Source: an uncultured archaeon
GTDB lineage: Archaea > Thermoproteota > Bathyarchaeia > Bathyarchaeales > Bathycorpusculaceae
Reading direction: 5' to 3'
NCBI GenBank assembly: GCA_963782915.1
Contig: CAWALK010000012.1
Location: 288,001 to 352,000 of the forward strand
DNA: 64,000 bases
Shown here: positions 1 through 8,982 of the stretch, piece by piece
How positions within the stretch are numbered: the stretch's first letter is position 1
How the letters are laid out: every line of letters begins with the position of its first letter
The notes under the pieces: generated by a model
Told to the model about the DNA's origin: nothing
The model's input: the letters and a program-made list of their open reading frames with translations, nothing else
Database searches by the model: none
Translations under genes and position numbers: made by a program

Positions 1-192
1 CAAATTGTCCTCATTAACTACGATAAAACCCCGTTCAGACATCCAAGCTAAATATTTCACCAATTTATCATATGCCAAACCCGTGGAAGTGGCTAGAGCA
101 GTTTTGTTCATTTTATTTTTTTCTTTCAACGCCTTTATTATGCGGGCGATGACGTAGAGGTCGGGTTTAGAACTCTGCTCGCTCAAGCTCAT
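1..192 (-). CDS. Winged helix-turn-helix protein (partial, runs off window start)
   Basis: Manual translation MSLSEQSSKPDLYVIARIIKALKEKNKMNKTALATSTGLAYDKLVKYLAWMSERGFIVV fits an archaeal wHTH pattern; overlaps the end of the upstream gene; not in the ORF track. Confidence 0.75.
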   Translation of the reverse strand, partial: MSLSEQSSKPDLYVIARIIKALKEKNKMNKTALATSTGLAYDKLVKYLAWMSERGFIVVNEDNL

Positions 193-859
193 TGCTAAAC
201 CACCGCAACTCCCAAAGTAGCTTATCTAAAGCACGAATTTCTGCATAACGTCTTGACAGATCACGTCTCAACAAAAGGTAAACCAGTGGAAAAGAGAGTA
301 GGAACAAAATTGGTCCACCAAAAAAGACATGCCCTAGGTCAAATATGAAAGAAATACTGCTAACAACAAGACCAATCGCAAACAGAGTTATTACCCAATA
401 AGCAGCCGCCTTCAATAGCCCATAAGCTGCATAACCGACTCGACCTAAGGAGATTTCATCAAATGTCGCAGACCAATCAATTTCTAACAATATCTTAACT
501 GCTGAGGGAAAACCCTGTGTAAGCTCCTCTTTCCATTCGCCTTTTTTTACGGATCGAATTTTTCTTCGAATATAGAGTACACCGACGATTACCCCTGAAA
601 TTGGAAGAAGTAACAGAAGAAGAGAGAATGTAAAGAAGAGAGAGTTATCGGGAGCCGCTGTCAGGTTTAAGAAGTTTAAGTATCCGCCGATTGCCAGAAA
701 AACCATTAGAGCACTAAGAACAATCAAAGCGAATGGCTTAAGTGATCGGTATAGAGCGTTGTATTCTTTGACGTGATCAAGAGTCTCCATTAGCTCAGCT
801 ACTTTTTTTACTACTGTTTGTTCTGTTAACTGTGAGGTTTGGGCGGTTTTTTCTTCCAT
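167..859 (-). CDS. Hypothetical integral membrane protein (about 4 TM)
   Basis: 230 aa ORF with two pairs of hydrophobic helices. Confidence 0.7.
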   Translation of the reverse strand: MEEKTAQTSQLTEQTVVKKVAELMETLDHVKEYNALYRSLKPFALIVLSALMVFLAIGGYLNFLNLTAAPDNSLFFTFSLLLLLLPISGVIVGVLYIRRKIRSVKKGEWKEELTQGFPSAVKILLEIDWSATFDEISLGRVGYAAYGLLKAAAYWVITLFAIGLVVSSISFIFDLGHVFFGGPILFLLSFPLVYLLLRRDLSRRYAEIRALDKLLWELRWFSNELERAEF

Positions 860-1004
860 TTTTTACATCGGAGACTCCAGAAGGAGGCTTGTATCAAAGC
901 ACTAAGGTTAATTTCAGGGGATATAAATTGAACTCCCTCCGAATGAGCAGCGCAGCTACACACTGCCAAAAAAAGAATAGGGTTTGCTTAGCAAACAAAC
1001 CTCA

Positions 1005-2249
1005 TCAAAGAATGAATGGCAAGATAGCCCCTGCCAATACCAAGCCCAAGCAAGCAACAGCCACAATTACCGTTACTTGGTAAACGCGGTTCTCACTCAT
1101 TCGTTTGCCCGCAAGCTTCTTCAGCGTTATGTTGAAGATTCTGCCGCCGTCCATTGGGTAAATCGGCAATGCATTAAAGATTGCCAAATTGAAGTTAACG
1201 AACCATATCCAGAAGAGCAAGTTTGCAACAATCGCCCAACCAGAACCCAGCGGACTCGTATAGAATGGTGCCAATGTGTCTGAGAAGGGAATGTAGCCTG
1301 CGGCAAGTGTTGGAGGAACCATGTACATGGCGAGGCGTTCTATGGAGAATGTCTGGTAATTAGCTAACCGCTCCTGAGTTGCTAAGTCAAAGATTGAAAC
1401 GCCCATAACTGTGCGGTTATCCGATACAGTTACGTTTACGATGGTTGTGAATGTATCCTGCCAACTGTCGCCCCTTGCCACAGTTACCTGTATTGTGTCG
1501 CCTGCGGTTTTGTTATCCATAATCGCCTTAAGCATAGTAGAATTGGTAACAGACATGTTATCGATGGAAACAAGGACATCTTTAGGCAGCAAACCAGCAG
1601 TTTGAGCAGGCATACCAGCCGTAACATCGTTAATGTAAACACCGTTAACCATCGGAGTCAAACCGCCCACCAAAACGATAAGGCATAGCAAGCAAGCTGC
1701 ACCTACTAGCATGTTTCCGCCGACGCCTGCAGCCATAACTTTGAGGGATGGTCGGGGTTTTGCAGTTTTCAGTTGCTCTTCATCGACATCCACGAAGGCG
1801 CCTATGGGGATAATTAGGAAGAATAGTAAACCGCTGGATTTTACGTTGAAGCCGTTGTTTCGGGCGACGATTCCGTGTGCTCCTTCGTGTAATGCAATTG
1901 CTAGCACGATAGCTACCCATCCGTAAACTATGGGGAGCATTGGGTTGATTCCAGGGAGCATCAACAAGGCACCTGGGCCCATTTCTTTTACAACTTGACC
2001 AACCGCGGGGTTGTTTATCAAACTGATTAAGCTGCCCACTATGAGGTAGAGTGCAATCCCAGCTACAAGGGGCACCATGGCAAGGAACAGCCATGAAATG
2101 TAGCGTGCACCACGCATGGAGCCTAACTTGTCGAAGATAAATGAGAAACGTTTAGTCCTCACGGTTAGCATTGGAAACTTGAAATCAACTGTTTTCTCTT
2201 CAGATTGTTGTTCAGTTGGCTGATTTTCGCCTTCGCTGTCTTGTGTCAA
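1005..2249 (-). CDS. Site-2 protease (peptidase M50) with PDZ domain
   Basis: HEGAH zinc motif, NALPIYPMDGGR motif, PDZ-like segment (PAQTAGLLPKDVLVSID). Confidence 0.93.
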   Translation of the reverse strand: MTQDSEGENQPTEQQSEEKTVDFKFPMLTVRTKRFSFIFDKLGSMRGARYISWLFLAMVPLVAGIALYLIVGSLISLINNPAVGQVVKEMGPGALLMLPGINPMLPIVYGWVAIVLAIALHEGAHGIVARNNGFNVKSSGLLFFLIIPIGAFVDVDEEQLKTAKPRPSLKVMAAGVGGNMLVGAACLLCLIVLVGGLTPMVNGVYINDVTAGMPAQTAGLLPKDVLVSIDNMSVTNSTMLKAIMDNKTAGDTIQVTVARGDSWQDTFTTIVNVTVSDNRTVMGVSIFDLATQERLANYQTFSIERLAMYMVPPTLAAGYIPFSDTLAPFYTSPLGSGWAIVANLLFWIWFVNFNLAIFNALPIYPMDGGRIFNITLKKLAGKRMSENRVYQVTVIVAVACLGLVLAGAILPFIL

Positions 2250-2382
2250 TGCCTAAATCGCTCAACTAAAAACAGGTTTTCAACAACATAAACCTAGCGC
2301 AAATTCCGCCCCATTACTGTTTTGGCTCGTAATATATCGATTTTAGAAATCTGCTTCTTAAGCAAAGTCAGCAAATTACTGT

Positions 2383-2763
2383 TTGAGAAGGAAAAGAGAA
2401 GGAAGGAGAAGGCTTACGTACCACCTTAAGACAGCGGTGCTTCCGAGTTTCGTACTAGTGCTCATGGGCTCAATCGACTGTATAACTACGGTTATCGGCA
2501 TTCTGTACTTTGGCGCAGTTGAGCTTAATCCAGTGTTAGCAGGAGTAGTCAGCAACATTCCGCTGTTTATGGTGCTTAAGCTTTCAGCGACATTCTGCAT
2601 TGGGGGCACCTACATTTTAGCCAGAAAAATATTGAATACTGCCCACGATAAATCGACCAAAAGCTTCCGATACTCAAACATCCTAATGAAAGCTGTTTAC
2701 GCAGGCTTAGTTATCTTCTTAGTTACAGTTGTAGTTAACAATTTCACGGTCCTCTTAGCCTAA
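2383..2763 (+). CDS. DUF5658-like small membrane protein
   Basis: DCITTVIG..FGAVELNP..A motif, 3 TM; paralog at 50774-51166; start uncertain. Confidence 0.75.
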   Translation: MRRKREGRRRLTYHLKTAVLPSFVLVLMGSIDCITTVIGILYFGAVELNPVLAGVVSNIPLFMVLKLSATFCIGGTYILARKILNTAHDKSTKSFRYSNILMKAVYAGLVIFLVTVVVNNFTVLLA

Positions 2764-2936
2764 ACCATTTTTTATTAGTCTGAACCTTCCCGTCGAAGAC
2801 AGACTACAGTGCTTTTGAGCATAAATCAAATATTGGTCTACCTACAACTCTAAAATAGTCAAGCACCAAGAGCAAAAAATAAAGAAACGCTTAACTGTAA
2901 AAGCACACGATATATGAAGCTTGAGAGGACGAAATA

Positions 2937-3575
2937 ATGCCGTTCAATCTATTCCGCAAAAAGAAAGAAACAGAACAGAAAACTCTAGCAACGCCAACGC
3001 AAGAACCACCACAAGAAACGCCAACTCAAGAAGCACCACCTCAGGTTACACCCGAAGATGCGCCTGAACATATCGTCCCAGAAGAGGAACCAACCCCTGA
3101 AGCGGCACCCCAACCGGCAGAGGCTGTTGAGGAGCAACCGCAGGAACCCGAAACAGTAGTAGCTGCTGAGGAACAACCACAAGAAACACCCGCACTGGCG
3201 CCAGTCCAAGAACCGCCACAAGAGCAACCATCAGAAGCACAGCCAACGGAACAGAAACCAACCCCAGTTGAACCGGCAAACAAAACCTACCTAAAAGCTA
3301 TGCCACTAAAAGAATTAGCGGACATAGACAACGTCAAAAACGAAGTTAGAAACGGCAACATCATAATTCTACGAGTCACACCTCTTGCAGGAAAAAGCAT
3401 CGAGGACGTAAAAACCGCAGTTAACGAGTTATTCTCATTTGCCGAATCAATCGGCGGCGACATCGCACGCCTCGGAGAGGAACGTGTAGTTGTTTGTCCT
3501 AAACAAATTAGAATTTGGCGGGAGAAAACTCCAGCGCCAGTAAGGGATAATCAACCGGTTCCTACAGTAGCCTAA
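2937..3575 (+). CDS. sepF: Cell division protein SepF with long P/E/Q-rich linker
   Basis: C-terminal EVRNGNIIILRV...GGDIARLGEERVVVCP is the archaeal SepF core; N-terminal MPFNLFRKKK amphipathic peptide. Confidence 0.85.
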   Translation: MPFNLFRKKKETEQKTLATPTQEPPQETPTQEAPPQVTPEDAPEHIVPEEEPTPEAAPQPAEAVEEQPQEPETVVAAEEQPQETPALAPVQEPPQEQPSEAQPTEQKPTPVEPANKTYLKAMPLKELADIDNVKNEVRNGNIIILRVTPLAGKSIEDVKTAVNELFSFAESIGGDIARLGEERVVVCPKQIRIWREKTPAPVRDNQPVPTVA

Positions 3576-5487
3576 AGGTTTCCAGTGTAGCTGGAACTAC
3601 TGTATTTATTCCGGCTTTTTGGTCTAAGAAGTTGCCGAAGTTTAATGTTTTCTGTTTTTCGCCGTGGACTACGAAGATGCGTTCTGGTTTTGGTGTTAAA
3701 TGTGTTAGGTAGTTTACGAGTTGTCTGCGGTCGCTGTGCCCTGAGAAGCCTTCGATGGTGTTTGTGCCCATTTTGACGCTGAGTGCACCCATTTTGCCTT
3801 CGTTATCCATCATGGTTACTTCGCCGACGCCTTTCTGTACGCGTCTGCCCATGGTGCCTTCAATTTGGTAGCTTACGAAGATGATTGAGTTGCGTTCGTC
3901 TGCTGCCCAATTCTTGAAGTACTCGATAACTGGTCCGCCTTCAAGCATACCTGAGGTTGCCAAGACAATGCATGGTTCGCCTTCCATTATGCTGCTGCGT
4001 TGGCTTGGGTGATCAACAATGGTGAAGTAGTCGGATTGGAATGGGTTGACTTCTTCGTGTAGGATGCTGTGGCGTACTTCTCTGCCGAGGTATTCTGGGT
4101 AAGCGGTGTGGATGGCTGTGGCTTCGCTGATCATGCCTTCGATGAATACTGGGGCTTCCTTCATCATGCCGCGTTTCATGTAGCCGTCGATGACAAGCAT
4201 AATTTCTTGTGCACGTCCGACTGCGGGGACGGGGATGAGGACTTTGCCTTTGCGTTCAAGAGTGGTGTTGATGACTTTGGTTAATGCCTCTTCTGCTTCT
4301 ACACGGCTAGGGACGATGTCGTCTGGGCCGCTGTAGGTGGATTCGGTGATGACTGTTTCGATGCGTGGAAACTCTGTTGCGGCTGCTTCGAGTAGCATGG
4401 TTCTGCCGAATTTGTAGTCGCCTGTGTAGACGATGTTGTGTAAGCCTTCGCCTATGTGTAAGTGAACCATTGCGCCGCCTAAGATGTGCCCTGAATTGTG
4501 CAGGGTTAATCTGATGTCTGGGGCAATGTCGGTGACAACGCCGAAGCGCAGTGGAATAGTGTGTAAGACGCATTCGCGGACGTCTTTTGAGTCATAGAAT
4601 GGTGTTACACCCTGCTTGTTAGCGACATCCAAGTAGTCCAACTGGAGCATAGTCATTAAGTTGGATGTTGGAGCTGAACAGTAGATTGGTCCGTCATAGC
4701 CGTATTTGTAGAGGAATGGGACTAAGCCGCAGTGGTCAAGGTGGGCGTGGCTGATGACGACGGCGTCTAATTGGTCAATCTGGAATTCGGGTGAATCGAA
4801 CCTTGGGAAAGACTCGAAAGGTCGATTGGTGCCCGGGTGAATACCGCAGTCCAACATTACGCTGCTTTCGCGGGTTTTAAGCAGGAAGCATGAGCGACCT
4901 ACTTCTTGTGCGCCGCCCAAAACGGTTAATCGTATGTCTCCGACATCATAGGTTTTTGGTCGGAAGATACGTTCGCCGACGTTTCGCAGGATACGTTCCC
5001 GTTCTTTGCTCTCTGAGTGGAGGTAGTGGCGCATGTGAGTGATAATTTTGGATTTAATCGGCGGACTCCTAAGTACGTGGGGGCGCCATTTTGTTTTCTT
5101 AATGATTTCTTGGAGGACTGCACCGTTTCTGCCGATGACTAAGCCTGGCTTTTTGGTTTCAATGATGATTTCGCCTAGGCTGGGATCAAAGTTTATGTCC
5201 GTTATTTCGGCTTCAGGTGCGATTAATTCACGTGTGATTCTTTCCGCTTCAGCTTCTGGGATACGTACGGATGGGTCGGGGCGGATGACGATTCTTTTTC
5301 TGATAACACCGACTATCTCCGCTACGATGCTGCTTTGATCAACCAAAATTTCGGGTCGTTTAGTATAAACCGCAAGCATAGGTCCCTCGTATTCGATACG
5401 GGTGACTTCAGCTTCACGGGGAACTTTTTCTAGAATATATTGACTTATTTCTATCTTATCTCTATCTTTTTCTTGTGTTCGCGCCAC
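3562..5487 (-). CDS. fttA: beta-CASP ribonuclease aCPSF1 (transcription termination factor FttA)
   Basis: N-terminal KH domains (KPGLVIGRNG), SHAHLDH metallo-beta-lactamase motif, FSGHSD, VHGE; usual synteny with psmB. Confidence 0.96.
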   Translation of the reverse strand: MARTQEKDRDKIEISQYILEKVPREAEVTRIEYEGPMLAVYTKRPEILVDQSSIVAEIVGVIRKRIVIRPDPSVRIPEAEAERITRELIAPEAEITDINFDPSLGEIIIETKKPGLVIGRNGAVLQEIIKKTKWRPHVLRSPPIKSKIITHMRHYLHSESKERERILRNVGERIFRPKTYDVGDIRLTVLGGAQEVGRSCFLLKTRESSVMLDCGIHPGTNRPFESFPRFDSPEFQIDQLDAVVISHAHLDHCGLVPFLYKYGYDGPIYCSAPTSNLMTMLQLDYLDVANKQGVTPFYDSKDVRECVLHTIPLRFGVVTDIAPDIRLTLHNSGHILGGAMVHLHIGEGLHNIVYTGDYKFGRTMLLEAAATEFPRIETVITESTYSGPDDIVPSRVEAEEALTKVINTTLERKGKVLIPVPAVGRAQEIMLVIDGYMKRGMMKEAPVFIEGMISEATAIHTAYPEYLGREVRHSILHEEVNPFQSDYFTIVDHPSQRSSIMEGEPCIVLATSGMLEGGPVIEYFKNWAADERNSIIFVSYQIEGTMGRRVQKGVGEVTMMDNEGKMGALSVKMGTNTIEGFSGHSDRRQLVNYLTHLTPKPERIFVVHGEKQKTLNFGNFLDQKAGINTVVPATLETFRLL

Positions 5488-5492
5488 AGTAA

Positions 5493-6137
5493 TTAACTTC
5501 CTGCTTTAAGCAGATTAGATTTCTCTTCGTCGGTCAATTCCTTGTAACCATGCTCGTTAATGACGATGATGTTGTAGCTGTTGCCAGATGCGACATCGCG
5601 TTTCATGGCTGCGTTGACGGCTCTAGCGATTATGGGTAATATCTCGCTTATGGGCTTGTCTTCCTTGAATTTGTCTTCGAGGACACCGTAAGCAACCGGT
5701 GAACCGGAACCTGTGGAAACCATCTTTTCCTCAGTTAAGCTGCCATATGGATCCAAGTTGTAAACGTGTGGTCCGGTGTCGTCTATGCCTCCGACTAGGA
5801 CCTGAGTTGCTAATGGAATATAGCGTGCTTGGAATAGCAGGTTAGCGACTAATCTTGCCGCTGAAGAAACTGGGATGGGACGGTTCATGTTAATTTTGTA
5901 TAAGTGAGCGTTTGCGATTAGGATGTCTACGACGCGTTGGGCGTCAGCGACGGTTCCGGCGATGGTCATGCCGATGTGGTCGTCGATTTTGTAGACTTTT
6001 TTGCCTGCTTTGTGAGCAACATAATAGCCCATGGTTACACGTGTGTCTGATGCTAAGATTACACCGTCTTTGCAGACGACGCCGATTGTTGTGGTTCCTT
6101 TAAGGACTAGTTGGCTAGCTACATTATTTTGTGACAT
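5493..6137 (-). CDS. psmB: Proteasome subunit beta
   Basis: Propeptide then G|TTTIGVVCKDGV, plus GSGS and RDVASG; ATG at 6137 preferred over the track start. Confidence 0.96.
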   Translation of the reverse strand: MSQNNVASQLVLKGTTTIGVVCKDGVILASDTRVTMGYYVAHKAGKKVYKIDDHIGMTIAGTVADAQRVVDILIANAHLYKINMNRPIPVSSAARLVANLLFQARYIPLATQVLVGGIDDTGPHVYNLDPYGSLTEEKMVSTGSGSPVAYGVLEDKFKEDKPISEILPIIARAVNAAMKRDVASGNSYNIIVINEHGYKELTDEEKSNLLKAGS

Positions 6138-6300
6138 AGTTTGATGCTCCCTAAAACTCCGTTTTGCGGAATGCCCATCCACTAGGAAGTAGCATGATTT
6201 AATCTTTCTAAGGCATTAATTAAAGATTTCGCCAACTCTGATACAGTCATGTGGAGACGTGGGCTAAAGGTTTTTAGGAAAGTTGATGATTTTTAGTGCG

Positions 6301-6366
6301 CATTGGCGGGTGAGTGGTTCTCCTACCCGTTCCGCCAAAGAAAATAAAACCCGGGAGTAGGGAGAA
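6301..6366 (+). promoter_or_regulatory. Structured 5' leader of queT-queC; candidate riboswitch
   Basis: Stem TTGGCGG (6303-6309) / CCGCCAA (6332-6338); loop TTCTCCTACCCG is complementary, with bulges, to CGGGAGTAGGGAGAA directly before the ATG at 6367; A-rich linker between. Confidence 0.45.
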
Positions 6367-6923
6367 ATGCATTTGAAAATAGGATCAAAAAACTTAGCTT
6401 TAATTGCAATGTATGCTGCGTTGTATGCAGCGCTTAGTTATCGGTTTAGGACTTCTTGTCTTATGGGCCGCTTCAAGTTCGAGTGGCAGATTCAATGGTT
6501 GCTGCGGTGCCGATTTTTGGCTTAGCAGGCGTTTTAGGCCACACACTTGGAGTGTTCATCGCTAATCTTGTTCTCCACTGCAGGGTTACTTGACTTGTTA
6601 AACACAATACCCTCCTTTGTCATGGCTTACTTGTGTATATTATACTTACAACGAAAACAAGCAATGACTACACAGTAATCGTAACCTGCATCGCTTATTC
6701 AGCGGTTCTGGGTATAACAGTCGGCTGGATGCTATCTTACCTCTATGGGTACCCATTGCTTGTAACCATCGGCTATGTAATCATTGGAAACATTATTGCC
6801 AGCGTACTCATTGGATGGCCACTGTTTAAGGTCCTAAAAAAAGCGGGGATTCAGAGATGGTTTGAGAATGGACGGGGCAAATATGCTCATCCTCCCCAAA
6901 GTCAAAAGGAAAGTGAACAATGA
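6367..6923 (+). CDS. queT: QueT-family 7-deazaguanine precursor transporter (frameshifted in assembly)
   Basis: Re-joined frames give LALIAMYAALYAAL...SYGPLQVRVAD...LGVFIANL; overlaps queC (ATGA). Confidence 0.8.
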
Positions 6924-7579
6924 TGAATCAGGCAAAGAAATGTGTAATCGTTCTTAGCGGCGGACCAGACTCAGCCACCGTCGCTTATTGGGCAAAAGCA
7001 GAAGGCTACCAAATCTACCCCATCACATTCAACTACGGACAAATCGCCGTCAAAGAAACCCAATCCGCCCAGCAAATCGCAGAGAAACTCGGCACCACCA
7101 CCAAAATCATCGACCTCTCAAACCTCAAAACTATCTTCAGCGGCGCCACCTCACTCGTCAACCGAGACATCCCCCTAACAGCCGAATTCAGCAGCCCCAT
7201 CATCGTACCCTTCCGCAACGCCATCTTCCTCTCAGCCGCCGTCGCATACGCAGTCACCGTAGGCGCAACCCACATCTTCTATGGCGCACAAGGCAGCGAT
7301 GAACCCAACTACCCCGATTGCAGGCGCGAATTCTATGAAGCCTTCGAAAAAGCTGCACGACTAGGAACAGAGCAGGAAATAACTATTGAAGCACCCTTTA
7401 ACGGATACAAAAAATCGGAATTGCTCAAGGAAGCCGTTAAGTTGGGAGTGCCGCTTGAGCTCACATGGTCCTGCTACCGTGATGGCGAAAAGCATTGCGG
7501 AAAATGCGAGTCCTGTGTTAACCGCAAAAAAGCGTTTGCTGAAGCAGACTTAGCTGACCCCACAACGTATGAAACTTAA
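6920..7579 (+). CDS. queC: 7-cyano-7-deazaguanine (preQ0) synthase
   Basis: SGGPDS PP-loop, VPFRN, YPDCR, TWSCY and CGKCESC. Confidence 0.96.
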   Translation: MMNQAKKCVIVLSGGPDSATVAYWAKAEGYQIYPITFNYGQIAVKETQSAQQIAEKLGTTTKIIDLSNLKTIFSGATSLVNRDIPLTAEFSSPIIVPFRNAIFLSAAVAYAVTVGATHIFYGAQGSDEPNYPDCRREFYEAFEKAARLGTEQEITIEAPFNGYKKSELLKEAVKLGVPLELTWSCYRDGEKHCGKCESCVNRKKAFAEADLADPTTYET

Positions 7580-7669
7580 CTCTTATTTTTCAGTAAATTA
7601 AATATCAAGCTCCAAACCTTTGGTAGCATATGGCATTGAGTAAGCTCAAGACTGAGCCTAGCAATAATA

Positions 7670-8980
7670 TTGCTTTTGCTGTTCGCCTTCCAACCTATAC
7701 TTTCAGCTCAAGGGGAGATAACGGCATCCAGCCAACTAGTTGATGCACGGGGTACTGGTGGCCAACTGTTCCTTGATTCACGGAATATCCCACACATTTT
7801 TTATCTACATGAAACTCAGGACGTAAGAGACCCTCCAAGCCCATTGTATTACGCTGTTTGGACAGGCCAAAACTGGAGTATAAACGTTGTAAAAGAAGCC
7901 AGCGGAAACAAACTATTAGTAGACTCAAACAACAAACCCCACCTAATTAACATCATCAATGGCTCATTCGAAGACTACCCTTTAATTGGCGACAATTGGG
8001 AAATCGCTAATCTTGGGTTATCTCCTGTGTCAGGCAAAACGCTGGCATTAGATTCAAATGGTAAACTGTACCAGCTTTATGCTAATTATACCCACATCAA
8101 TAGCACTTATACGTCTACGGTGAGCGTTGCCATTTGGACTAAGTCAGGCATGACACATGAGAAAGTAGATGAAAAAATAAGCAACTCGCCTCTAGAGACT
8201 TTGACCCCTGATTCCTTAGTTCTTGACTCCATGGGAAGACCGCATGTCACCTATACGGAGACAGCACTGAATACAATTGAGGGAAACCAACAAACATTTA
8301 CGGTTAACAATATCAAATATGCGATCTTAATAGGCCAAAATTGGATAACCCAAACTGCCGCTACAAATATGGTCTCGCTTTATCCGCGAATGAGCGATAC
8401 TGTTCTTGATTCGCAAGGGCTGCCTCACTTATGCTTTGTTTACGATAATTCAACCTATCTTCCTGATGGCTACTCCACAGATAGGAGAGTTCTTGAATAC
8501 CTTTACTGGAACGGTTTCTCATGGATCCAGCAAGTTGTTAACCCAGAGGCTCAGTATATCACTTCCATGAATCCAGTTGTTCATTTGGACAGCTTGGGCA
8601 AACCGCAAATATATTACTATAATCAAAACTATCAGGACGAAAACAAGTCGGGTTTGATGGTCGCGTATTGGACAGGGGCAGCATGGGAGAATCAAAAGAT
8701 TTGGCAATTACCGCATAATGATTACGGCTCTCAATCCCAATATATCTCCAACCTAGAATTCGATTCTAATGGAAACTTATACTTTACCTACCGTTCAGCA
8801 ATGGGGACTTACCACAGTGCATTGAGGTACGGCAACTTAACCTATGTCTCCTTAGAAGCACCCAATTTCATTGAAGTACCATCAACGCAAATAGTACTGC
8901 CGGTTCTCATTATATTCACAGCAATTTTACTGGTTGTCTGTGTCCTTGGAAGAAAAAGGCTATTATCAAAGAAAAGATGA
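7670..8980 (+). CDS. Secreted, C-terminally anchored beta-repeat (propeller-like) surface protein
   Basis: Repeated LDSxGxPH.xY units, C-terminal TM plus basic tail; true start possibly ATG 7630 with an indel. Confidence 0.7.
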   Translation: MLLLFAFQPILSAQGEITASSQLVDARGTGGQLFLDSRNIPHIFYLHETQDVRDPPSPLYYAVWTGQNWSINVVKEASGNKLLVDSNNKPHLINIINGSFEDYPLIGDNWEIANLGLSPVSGKTLALDSNGKLYQLYANYTHINSTYTSTVSVAIWTKSGMTHEKVDEKISNSPLETLTPDSLVLDSMGRPHVTYTETALNTIEGNQQTFTVNNIKYAILIGQNWITQTAATNMVSLYPRMSDTVLDSQGLPHLCFVYDNSTYLPDGYSTDRRVLEYLYWNGFSWIQQVVNPEAQYITSMNPVVHLDSLGKPQIYYYNQNYQDENKSGLMVAYWTGAAWENQKIWQLPHNDYGSQSQYISNLEFDSNGNLYFTYRSAMGTYHSALRYGNLTYVSLEAPNFIEVPSTQIVLPVLIIFTAILLVVCVLGRKRLLSKKR

Positions 8981-8982
8981 TT

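Noticed and set aside
2985-3283. Quasi-repeats as a possible CRISPR or tandem array
   Set aside because: They encode the P/E/Q linker of SepF; no constant repeat with unique spacers.
6284-6345. TGATGA upstream of queT as box C of a C/D sRNA
   Set aside because: No CTGA box D at a suitable distance and no terminal stem; the leader interpretation fits better.
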